Source: a virus
Lineage: Duplodnaviria > Caudoviricetes
Virus record (IMG/VR): IMGVR_UViG_3300017747_001195
Location: 1-32,391 of that record
Strand: one strand, 5' to 3'
DNA: 32,391 nt
Of this stretch, positions 26,085 through 32,391 are shown in pieces. How positions within the stretch are numbered: position 1 is the first letter of the stretch; each line of letters begins with the position of its first letter. The notes below the pieces were generated by a model that was not told where the DNA came from, made no database searches, and worked only from the letters and a program-made list of their open reading frames with translations. Position numbers and translations under genes: made by a program.

Positions 26085-26623
26085 TCCTCGCTCCTCCATA
26101 CCCAGCGCGCCACCCGCAGGTCAGTCGGCCAGCCCGTGTCCTCCGTGAAGCTGCGCTCCTCGAACAACAGCATGTTCGTCGGCCTGATCAGCAGGCGATT
26201 GTCCTCCGTCTGCATGAACATGAACTCCTTGCTCTGCTCAGGCTCGGCGCTGAACCCATCGCCACGGGGGCAGGCTGTAAAGAGATACCGCGCACGCTTC
26301 TCCGTGCCGTCATAGCGTGCCTTCAGATCCGCGAGATACTGATACTGAACCACGTCAAACTCATGGCCGTAGCAATCCCAGACCTGTGCATTCCGAAGAC
26401 CCCAAGTTTCTTTTACCTGCGGGGCAAACGAAATCGCATGGGGCGGCAGGTTCCGATAGACAGCGCCGCACTCCAGCATGACGTGACATCCCCACGCACG
26501 GCCCGGCTCACTGCGTATGGCGAACCATACGGCAGGCTCGAACAGATCAACCGGGCACCCCTCACGGACCAGTGAACTCCAGACCCAGACGTACTGGTGC
26601 AGGGGAATATCCTTGCTGCTCAT
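26081..26623 (-). CDS. Hypothetical phage protein (180 aa, Trp/Cys-rich)
   Basis: GAGGG RBS, ATGA coupling; 'GRAWGCHVMLECGAVYRNLPPHA', 'QVWDCYG'. Confidence 0.75.
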   Translation of the reverse strand: MSSKDIPLHQYVWVWSSLVREGCPVDLFEPAVWFAIRSEPGRAWGCHVMLECGAVYRNLPPHAISFAPQVKETWGLRNAQVWDCYGHEFDVVQYQYLADLKARYDGTEKRARYLFTACPRGDGFSAEPEQSKEFMFMQTEDNRLLIRPTNMLLFEERSFTEDTGWPTDLRVARWVWRSEE

Positions 26624-27009
26624 TCCCTCTCTCCCAGTGCTGCGCGGGCGATGGATTGCGCTTCACAAGCAGCGTCACAGCCCTGCGTCATCGTGTTCCA
26701 TTTGCGGTCGCGGATCGTTGTCAACGCCTCACGCAGCCGCTCAATCTCTGCCGCTTGGGCTTCGATGCGGTCAGCGGCTACCTGCATTGTCTCCCACATA
26801 CCCAGCATATGAGTCCGCGCTTCAGCAAGATCATAGTCATAGGAATCCCCATCCTGTTCAAGCCACGACGCAACCTCAGGCGTATCCTCAAACACCGTCC
26901 GAATCCGTTTCACCAGACCGTCAGTCATCTCATCCCCTCCGCAATCGCACCACGCCCGCAGATCGCCGCACCTCACGACTGCACATGCGGGGTGGTGCGT
27001 GCTAGTCAT
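26620..27009 (-). CDS. Hypothetical protein with N-terminal His/Cys motif; alternative start at 26928
   Basis: TGATG coupling at 27009; 'HHPAC…C…CDCG'; second ATG after GGAGGGG gives 'MTDGLVKRIR…AADRIEAQAAEIERLREAL…IARAALGE'. Confidence 0.7.
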   Translation of the reverse strand: MTSTHHPACAVVRCGDLRAWCDCGGDEMTDGLVKRIRTVFEDTPEVASWLEQDGDSYDYDLAEARTHMLGMWETMQVAADRIEAQAAEIERLREALTTIRDRKWNTMTQGCDAACEAQSIARAALGERE

Positions 27010-27188
27010 CAGCCTTCGATGCTCAACGGGCAGAGCGAAACGCCCACGTTCAGCACGGTGCCGTTCTGATAGCGGCAGAAACGCTGACCGCGATCAATCC
27101 ATTGCGATGACAGGAAATACGTCATCGCATATGCAGCGGTCGGTGCCACTGCTGCAGCCAACGCGACTGCGATAATCAACTTCTTCAT
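27009..27188 (-). CDS. 59-aa secreted peptide (signal peptide plus two-Cys mature part); not in ORF track
   Basis: AAGGAG RBS; MKKLIIAVALAAAVAPTAAYA|MTYFLSSQWIDRGQRFCRYQNGTVLNVGVSLCPLSIEG*. Confidence 0.8.
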   Translation of the reverse strand: MKKLIIAVALAAAVAPTAAYAMTYFLSSQWIDRGQRFCRYQNGTVLNVGVSLCPLSIEG

Positions 27189-27189
27189 T

Positions 27190-27435
27190 TCACTTCTCCT
27201 TCTTCTTGATCTTCACCTTCACCGCCCCTCGGGCGTATCTCTCGAACTCATCCAGCTCTTCCTGCGTCATGGGCCGATAGACTTTCTTCGTCAGGTATAT
27301 CGCAGCCGCCAGCTTCATCGATCCCTCAATCAGGCTGTCAAATTCTGTCGACTGCCTCGGATATAACCGAGCCGCAGCCTGTGACTGAAGCTTCGATGGC
27401 TTGTCGTACTTGCGTTCAGCTGTCCCTCTGATCAT
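27190..27435 (-). CDS. Hypothetical basic protein (81 aa)
   Basis: ATG 27435 overlaps the Cro-like stop (ATGA); the track start 27522 lies inside the Cro-like gene. Confidence 0.65.
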   Translation of the reverse strand: MIRGTAERKYDKPSKLQSQAAARLYPRQSTEFDSLIEGSMKLAAAIYLTKKVYRPMTQEELDEFERYARGAVKVKIKKKEK

Positions 27436-27617
27436 ATCAAATCCACCGCCTTGAATTCGCCTGCCGTGAGTATCTCGATTGCAATCGCACGCTCCGCAGG
27501 TATCGATCCCCGGCGTACCCAATGCGACACCGCACTGCGAGACACACCAAGTGCACGCGCCATCTCAACCTGCGTTCCGAAATGCAGCGTCAGCTCTGCA
27601 AACTTTACTGCATTCAT
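27432..27617 (-). CDS. Cro/YdaS-like HTH transcriptional regulator
   Basis: 'FGTQVEMARALGVSRSAVSHW…IPAERAIAIE..T.GE…DL'. Confidence 0.88.
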   Translation of the reverse strand: MNAVKFAELTLHFGTQVEMARALGVSRSAVSHWVRRGSIPAERAIAIEILTAGEFKAVDLI

Positions 27618-27787
27618 GCTGCTACCTTCGCCTTCGCACCAGCGTTCCGCTTCTTAGGTGACGCTGGCACGATCTGAGCGGGTAGGTAGCTGGACACGAC
27701 AACCCAGTCGCCCTCCGCCTTCACTGTGCGCTCGATCACGATTGGCTCAAGCCCCCTCAGGGCCAGATAATCTCTGTAACTTTTCAT
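27614..27787 (-). CDS. 57-aa hypothetical protein; not in ORF track
   Basis: MKSYRDYLALRGLEPIVIERTVKAEGDWVVVSSYLPAQIVPASPKKRNAGAKAKVAA*; ATGA overlaps at both ends. Confidence 0.65.
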   Translation of the reverse strand: MKSYRDYLALRGLEPIVIERTVKAEGDWVVVSSYLPAQIVPASPKKRNAGAKAKVAA

Positions 27788-28065
27788 CCCACGATCTCCA
27801 GTATCTCAGGCTTGTCCGTGCAGTCGCAGACCACCTCGTCAGCGTCGTTGCCGTAGACGAAATAGATCGTGCCGATCTTCTGCATCGATGCGTTCTCAAC
27901 GTGCAGCCACTCTTCATCGCAGTGCCCCAGACTGTCGAGCACCTCCTCCGCATCGTCGCTGTGCAGCACAGGGAATTCCTCCCCGTCGAACACCGTCAGC
28001 AGATAGCCACTGTCCACAGCACGGGCCACGATCCGGGCCACCTCGAACCGCTCTTCGTATGTCAT
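27784..28065 (-). CDS. Acidic hypothetical early protein (93 aa)
   Basis: ATGA coupling; about 23 D/E versus 5 K/R by hand count. Confidence 0.75.
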   Translation of the reverse strand: MTYEERFEVARIVARAVDSGYLLTVFDGEEFPVLHSDDAEEVLDSLGHCDEEWLHVENASMQKIGTIYFVYGNDADEVVCDCTDKPEILEIVG

Positions 28066-28259
28066 GATGCCACCCCATCCTTATACAGGATCGCCTCGAC
28101 CTGCTCATCAGGCCACCGATTATCCAGTACACGATACGTCTGCCCGTCCGCCTCGCTCAGAGCGCGCGCCGCTTCCATTGCGTGCGCACCATACTCGAAC
28201 TTCGCGACCGGCCACCAGCGATGCTGGATGCTATCCATTACTTCGACTTCGATTTTCAT
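28062..28259 (-). CDS. Hypothetical early protein (65 aa)
   Basis: AGGAGAGGT RBS before ATG 28259; first gene after the promoter at ~28320. Confidence 0.7.
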   Translation of the reverse strand: MKIEVEVMDSIQHRWWPVAKFEYGAHAMEAARALSEADGQTYRVLDNRWPDEQVEAILYKDGVAS

Positions 28260-28273
28260 GATTACCTCTCCTC

Positions 28274-28321
28274 GTGCCGTCACAGCACATCTAATCGATC
28301 ACATTGTTAACCCGGTGTCAA
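28274..28321 (-). promoter_or_regulatory. Putative early promoter with CtrA-like box and GTGCTGTGACGGCAC element
   Basis: TTGACA 28321-28316 within TTGA-N7-TTAAC (28321-28306); element 28274-28288; -10 box not clear. Confidence 0.6.
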
Positions 28322-28632
28322 CCACCATAGTGCTTCGCGATATCGGCGAGCATCTCATCCACCATATCCAGCGCCAGCTGGTGCTGCTCTCTCACCTGCT
28401 TCTCGGTCACGCGCGTGCCCCAGCTTACCATGCGCCGGCCATAATCCGTGCGTGCCTGATGCACCTCTGCACGATAGCCGTTCTCCTGCTTGACGTGGTG
28501 CACCAAACCCGTCGTGCATAGCGAACCATCCAACGCCTTCGCTGTTGTGATGCGCAGGATACGCCCGTCCCCCAGATCGATGCGTGTGTTGCCCTGCCAG
28601 CCAGCCTTGGTCTTCGCGATACTCGTGTTCAT
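28318..28632 (-). CDS. Hypothetical early protein (104 aa)
   Basis: TAATG coupling with the upstream gene. Confidence 0.7.
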   Translation of the reverse strand: MNTSIAKTKAGWQGNTRIDLGDGRILRITTAKALDGSLCTTGLVHHVKQENGYRAEVHQARTDYGRRMVSWGTRVTEKQVREQHQLALDMVDEMLADIAKHYGG

Positions 28633-28868
28633 TACATAGCAACCTTCGGTTTGTTCTTGCTGCCCGGTGGGCGGCCACGTTTCTTCGGCTCAGGCTTCGG
28701 GCCAACGCCATCCTTACGTCCCTTCGGGCGGCCAACTTTCTTGGGCTCGGCCATCGCCTTCCTCACGCCAAGCTCAACCACCGCCACACTGATCGATCTA
28801 TCAGATGCTGTGTCCCAGTCCAGCCAAACAGCCAGATCAAACAGCTTTCCTGCAATCCATTTACGCAT
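28632..28868 (-). CDS. AT-hook-containing small DNA-binding protein
   Basis: 'KKVGRPKGRKD' and 'KKRGRPPGSKNKPK'. Confidence 0.7.
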   Translation of the reverse strand: MRKWIAGKLFDLAVWLDWDTASDRSISVAVVELGVRKAMAEPKKVGRPKGRKDGVGPKPEPKKRGRPPGSKNKPKVAM

Positions 28869-29085
28869 ATTCTTTCTCCAATTCCGTCACCCAATCAACG
28901 CCGCTCATCATCGTCGCCTCAATGCCAAGGCACTTGCCCTCGACAATCGTCATCTCCTCATCAACCGTCGTGTCAAACGCCAGCACCTTCTGCTTCGCAG
29001 CGTCGGCGCCGTCCGCCTCGACCGTGATGTAATATCGGGTCAGGATAGTCTCCTCCCGTGTGAATGCCACCTCATACTTTGCCAT
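28861..29085 (-). CDS. Acidic hypothetical early protein (74 aa)
   Basis: AAGGGG RBS; 'YYITVEADGADAAKQKV' pattern common in small phage proteins. Confidence 0.7.
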   Translation of the reverse strand: MAKYEVAFTREETILTRYYITVEADGADAAKQKVLAFDTTVDEEMTIVEGKCLGIEATMMSGVDWVTELEKEYA

Positions 29086-29086
29086 C

Positions 29087-29425
29087 TCAAATCCCCTTCA
29101 GTTTCGGATAGATGTTAGGCGGCTCGCGCCGCTGATAGAAACGCAGCACGTCCATCGCGTTGCCGTAGTCATCCCATAGGGACTGATCGATATCCCTGCT
29201 GAAATCCCCGCTCACGTTCTGATCGACCGACTCCACGAAATTATCGAGCGCATCTAGCAATTCCCTCGCGTCGTCACCCGTCAGGCGATCAGGATCTTCC
29301 AGATGCATGGCTTGCAGGATGTCATCCTTGCTGATCGACTTCAGCAAATCCGCCAGCTTTACCCGTGCGTCCAGCTCGTCGTTCGCCATGATGCCAAAGC
29401 CCAGCGTGAATTCAAAATGCTTCAT
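29087..29425 (-). CDS. Acidic hypothetical early protein (112 aa)
   Basis: ATG 29425 in TGATG overlap; the track start 29524 overlaps the upstream gene. Confidence 0.7.
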   Translation of the reverse strand: MKHFEFTLGFGIMANDELDARVKLADLLKSISKDDILQAMHLEDPDRLTGDDARELLDALDNFVESVDQNVSGDFSRDIDQSLWDDYGNAMDVLRFYQRREPPNIYPKLKGI

Positions 29426-29664
29426 CACAATGCCCCCTGTATCAGCCGCTTGATAGCTGCGTTGTTCTCCGCCAGCTTCTCGATCTCCAGCAATGCCGTT
29501 GCCATCATGTTGTTCTGCTCGCACGCCCTATCATACAGGTGCGCCAGCCGGACTAACTCCTCACGCGCTGCGTCCGCACCATCGCTTGGCCCTGCCTCAA
29601 TCGCTGCACAATATATGCGCACCGCTGCCTCCCATGATGGGGGTGCTCCGAAATATCCTGTCAT
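29425..29664 (-). CDS. Hypothetical early protein, paralog of 31417-31695
   Basis: ATGA coupling; shared P(S/T)W…AA.E.G…AREE..RLA..YD.AC motif. Confidence 0.72.
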   Translation of the reverse strand: MTGYFGAPPSWEAAVRIYCAAIEAGPSDGADAAREELVRLAHLYDRACEQNNMMATALLEIEKLAENNAAIKRLIQGAL

Positions 29665-30386
29665 GCTGCAATCCTTTCATTCGCATAGCGTTTCCCTGCA
29701 CCATGCGGTGCAATCTGTATCGACACGGGAGCCTTGCTCGTGCTGCCCATGCATAGCTTGCAAGAGATGCACTGCGTCCGCTTCCCTGCCTCTTCACTCG
29801 CAGGGCAATTCACCTCACGCCCCGGCATAGCAACAGCCCCGACACGGAACGTCCGGAATCCACGCAGCCATGCAGCCCGGGTATCCCCTACGGAATCCGC
29901 CGACGCCATCACCAGCCGCGCCCATCCAGCGTCTGCCGTGCGCCACTGGTGGGTGTATCCCGTCCAGCCTTCGGCCTTCGCAATGAGCGTCTCCCATAGG
30001 GCCAGCGGTGCCGCTGCCGGGTCGCCATAGGTGCCAATCCGCACCATCTTTCCAGCGATAATGTCCGCCACGTCAGCCGCTGTCGCTGCCGGATAGACGC
30101 CTCGCAGATACGAACGATACACATTCGACGGGCCATGCGCCAACGTCACATAGCATGAGCGTCCCTTGCCTGTGCCGTCACCACGATGCACGCAATCGCC
30201 ACATATCGCACGGTCAGCACCCGTCCGCACCGCCTCGACGGGATGCATATCGGGGCGAATGATATACGTCTGCACCATCTTGCCTGTCTTGGTATTGCGG
30301 GAGCCAGCCAGCCCCGTCACCACGACAATGATACGCTCCCCATCAAGCATGGACGGGCCGTCATAGATTACATAGCCTGCAGTCAT
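29661..30386 (-). CDS. Cys-rich Gp88-like / radical-SAM-like Fe-S protein
   Basis: 'SRNTKTG', CGDC…CY, 'VRIGTYGDP', 'GYTHQW', 'MASADS', 'CPA…CISCKLC', 'IAPHG'; GAAAGG RBS. Confidence 0.6.
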   Translation of the reverse strand: MTAGYVIYDGPSMLDGERIIVVVTGLAGSRNTKTGKMVQTYIIRPDMHPVEAVRTGADRAICGDCVHRGDGTGKGRSCYVTLAHGPSNVYRSYLRGVYPAATAADVADIIAGKMVRIGTYGDPAAAPLALWETLIAKAEGWTGYTHQWRTADAGWARLVMASADSVGDTRAAWLRGFRTFRVGAVAMPGREVNCPASEEAGKRTQCISCKLCMGSTSKAPVSIQIAPHGAGKRYANERIAA

Positions 30387-30408
30387 ATCGGAAACCTTTC
30401 GATTCAGC

Positions 30409-30458
30409 GTGCCGTCACAGCACCCATTTATAATCAGCCAGTGTTAACCCCTTGTCAA
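30409..30458 (-). promoter_or_regulatory. Putative early promoter with CtrA-like box and GTGCTGTGACGGCAC element
   Basis: TTGACA 30458-30453 within TTGA-N7-TTAAC (30458-30443); AT-rich GATTATAAAT -10 region; element 30409-30423. Confidence 0.65.
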
Positions 30459-30461
30459 CAC

Positions 30462-30857
30462 CTATTCTTCTCTCGCAAAAAGCCGTGTCTTTTCAATGGC
30501 TTGCGCTGCAATCTTATCAATCCGTGACGGATCAATCGCGCCATGCTCCCCGAAAAATTCACGCCCGACAATCTCCCAATCTCCGCCGATTAGATACGTC
30601 CCGTTGTCCCCGTTGTCATAGTCCAGATCGCGCACCCGCCCGATGCCGATGCTCGTGCTGCCGCCAAAGTAATTCGCGATCACCTGCGTCAGGCGCGCCA
30701 TCGCATAGCTTGCATCGCTCTTCGGCGGTCGCATCCCCAGCGCCTTCGCTGCCTGTAGGAATCCCGCGATACTCTCCGGGCCTCCATTCCAGTGAACGTA
30801 AATGCCCATGTTATCCAGCCCGAACGGGGCCAGTGTAATCACTGCTCTATTACCCAT
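30462..30857 (-). CDS. Hypothetical early protein (131 aa)
   Basis: GGAGGT RBS, TGATG overlap at 30857; 'MGNRAVI…IYVHWNGGPE…DNGDNGTYLI'. Confidence 0.75.
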   Translation of the reverse strand: MGNRAVITLAPFGLDNMGIYVHWNGGPESIAGFLQAAKALGMRPPKSDASYAMARLTQVIANYFGGSTSIGIGRVRDLDYDNGDNGTYLIGGDWEIVGREFFGEHGAIDPSRIDKIAAQAIEKTRLFAREE

Positions 30858-31414
30858 CACATCACCTCCATCTGATACTGCCGCCAGCTCGGCCACCGGA
30901 ACGGCAAGCCATAGCCCTCGACCCAAAAGCGGGGCGTTCGCCCAGCCACCACCACCTTGACCTCACGCACCGGAACACCCGCTATCGTCGGCACGCTCTC
31001 GCTCGTCACTCGCAGACGCATCCCCGGTTGCAGCTTCGGGCAAGCCTTACGCACTGCGTGATAGTCACGGCACCGCTGCCGCCATGCAATGGCGTATTTA
31101 TTGTCCGTCTCGGTCAACAAATCCAGAATCCGTTCCGGGCACCGGGCAATCACTGGCCCCGCCGATTCGTCCATATCCTTATAGCCAAACGTCAATCCGT
31201 CCGTTGCCTTCGGCTGGAATTGCAGCATGAACACCGCACACCACACCTCGCGCGTCCCGTCCGGAAACGTATGCTCGACCGCTGCGTAATACTCACGCGC
31301 TGCCACGATTGCGGAATCCAAGACGCGCCTCGCTCCCGTCTCATTCGTCCACGTTAACTGCCCATCCAAATGCGACCTAACGTCGCGCGGCTTCGCATAA
31401 TACGTCCATCCCAT
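30857..31414 (-). CDS. DUF6927-like protein
   Basis: 'MGWT', 'YYAAVE', 'FGYKDMDESAGP…CPERILDLLT…YAIAWRQRCR'. Confidence 0.75.
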   Translation of the reverse strand: MGWTYYAKPRDVRSHLDGQLTWTNETGARRVLDSAIVAAREYYAAVEHTFPDGTREVWCAVFMLQFQPKATDGLTFGYKDMDESAGPVIARCPERILDLLTETDNKYAIAWRQRCRDYHAVRKACPKLQPGMRLRVTSESVPTIAGVPVREVKVVVAGRTPRFWVEGYGLPFRWPSWRQYQMEVM

Positions 31415-31416
31415 GC

Positions 31417-31695
31417 TTATTCTCCCTTCGCTTTAGCGATTGCGGCTCGGGCGTTGCTCAATATATCCCGGCGCTCTTCAGGCTCCATCATGTGATGGGT
31501 CGCCATTTCAATCATGCCCTTCAACGCAGCTTCCAGCTCCGCAATCGCGTCACACGCGCCATCATACTGCCGCGCCAGCCTGATCACCTCCTCGCGGGCG
31601 ACCTGCTTTCCTGCGTCCGTCCCATCCTCCAGCGCTGCTATCAGCACCCGGATTATCCCCGACCATGTCGGCGTCACGTCAATCACCTGCGTCAT
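31417..31695 (-). CDS. Hypothetical early protein, paralog of 29425-29664
   Basis: ATG 31695 in ATGA overlap; ends with 'ARAAIAKAKGE'. Confidence 0.72.
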   Translation of the reverse strand: MTQVIDVTPTWSGIIRVLIAALEDGTDAGKQVAREEVIRLARQYDGACDAIAELEAALKGMIEMATHHMMEPEERRDILSNARAAIAKAKGE

Positions 31696-31916
31696 TTCCA
31701 CCCCTCCACCTTAGCCACAATCTCGGCAATCACATCAGCGGTCGGCGACCCCTTGCTAATCGCGCAATGTCCATCATCCATCAGCTTGTTGTGAATCGCC
31801 GAGATAACCAACCACATCAAATCCGCATCGTCTTTCTTGCGTGCATTCCGCGCCCTCTGCGCCATCACGCTCTCGAATTCCGCCTGAATGTCCGGCTCAA
31901 AATCACTACCCATCAT
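31692..31916 (-). CDS. Hypothetical early protein (~74 aa)
   Basis: GGAGG RBS; ATG 31916 overlaps the upstream stop. Confidence 0.65.
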   Translation of the reverse strand: MMGSDFEPDIQAEFESVMAQRARNARKKDDADLMWLVISAIHNKLMDDGHCAISKGSPTADVIAEIVAKVEGWK

Positions 31917-32089
31917 ACCCTCCACTTCACACAGTGATTGTCATACTCTTCGATCAGCTCCGCCTCGCTCACGCCATTGCGTCGCGCCACACGCTCGACC
32001 TCAACCCAGATGTCAAAATCGATTTCCTTGTGATCGCAATACTCCTCACGCGCCATCAAATCGGCGAACGCTACGTCAATCCGACTCAT
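31913..32089 (-). CDS. 58-aa acidic hypothetical protein; not in ORF track
   Basis: GGAGG RBS; MSRIDVAFADLMAREEYCDHKEIDFDIWVEVERVARRNGVSEAELIEEYDNHCVKWRV*. Confidence 0.7.
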   Translation of the reverse strand: MSRIDVAFADLMAREEYCDHKEIDFDIWVEVERVARRNGVSEAELIEEYDNHCVKWRV

Positions 32090-32092
32090 CAC

Positions 32093-32239
32093 TCAGCCCT
32101 CCACACTATCGCGGTGAAACCACCGCAAACGACCACCAGCTCCCTCAGCCCAGACAATGCGCGCACCTATCTGAACCACACGCCCAGACCACGCCTCGCC
32201 ATACACTGTCACCGTAATTCGCTGCCCTAAACGTAACAT
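32093..32239 (-). CDS. 48-aa small beta (SH3-like) protein, first gene of the early arm; not in ORF track
   Basis: GGAGG RBS; MLRLGQRITVTVYGEAWSGRVVQIGARIVWAEGAGGRLRWFHRDSVEG*. Confidence 0.7.
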   Translation of the reverse strand: MLRLGQRITVTVYGEAWSGRVVQIGARIVWAEGAGGRLRWFHRDSVEG

Positions 32240-32261
32240 TTTTCGTCCTCCATTGGCGTTT

Positions 32262-32292
32262 ATTATACGTCAACAATTCTGCCACCTGTCAA
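32262..32292 (-). promoter_or_regulatory. Strong sigma70-like early promoter
   Basis: Perfect TTGACA (32292-32287) and TATAAT (32267-32262) with a 19-nt spacer. Confidence 0.65.
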
Positions 32293-32306
32293 GCATGGCT
32301 CAACAA

Positions 32307-32356
32307 GTGTAACAAAATGCCCGATTTGTAACGGCGGTGTAACAGCTTTCTGTTAC
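32307..32356. repeat. Cluster of TGTAAC/GTTAC repeats including a perfect inverted repeat
   Basis: GTGTAACA at 32307 and 32337, TTGTAACG at 32326; GTAACAG-CTTT-CTGTTAC at 32339-32356. Confidence 0.7.
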
Positions 32357-32391
32357 GCGGAGACGCCCGGATTTCTGCCGTTTTTGCCCTA

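Noticed and set aside
26304-26318. GTGCCGTCATAGCGT, a near match to the recurrent element (also GTGCCGTCAC near 30172)
   Set aside because: Inside coding sequence, several mismatches and no TTGACA at the expected distance
27658-28521. 287-aa + strand ORF divergent from the Cro-like gene, a possible cI
   Set aside because: No HTH or S24 motif, and it lies antisense to several well-coupled - strand genes
25287-30423. Recurrent 15-bp element as a CRISPR repeat or att site
   Set aside because: Copies are 2-3 kb apart and tied to promoters; no cas or integrase gene is present
1-32391. tRNA or rRNA genes, introns or inteins, stop-codon recoding
   Set aside because: No intergenic space or cloverleaf was seen; genes are intact under the standard code with all three stops used and normal overlaps

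Overview
This window is a ~32 kb fragment of a tailed dsDNA phage with podovirus-like (P22/uvMED-type) organisation in two convergent arms. The + strand (1-17370) carries virion genes: a head-tail adaptor, a tail fibre, a Gly-rich fibre accessory protein, a nozzle/DNA-stabilisation protein, an inserted HNH-AP2 endonuclease, three putative ejection proteins and a 2239-aa polyvalent protein with two HExxH modules. The - strand (17389-32239) carries the early and replication genes: SSB, RecT, YqaJ exonuclease, VRR-NUC, an SF2 helicase, a two-gene primase-helicase, a Cro-like HTH and a long chain of translationally coupled small early genes. No terminase, portal, capsid, integrase or DNA polymerase is visible, so the genome is incomplete here. 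The most unusual signals are: (i) a recurrent pseudo-palindrome TGCTGT-N1/N11-ACGGCA lying 27-32 nt downstream of a TTGACA -35 box at four - strand promoters, two of which also carry CtrA-like boxes; (ii) a 59-aa stand-alone Walker-A mini-protein missing from the ORF track that heads the YqaJ-RecT-SSB operon; (iii) a candidate docking pair between adjacent ejection proteins; (iv) several small early proteins missing from the track, including a secreted two-Cys peptide. All product calls come from motif recognition by eye; no database searches were run.
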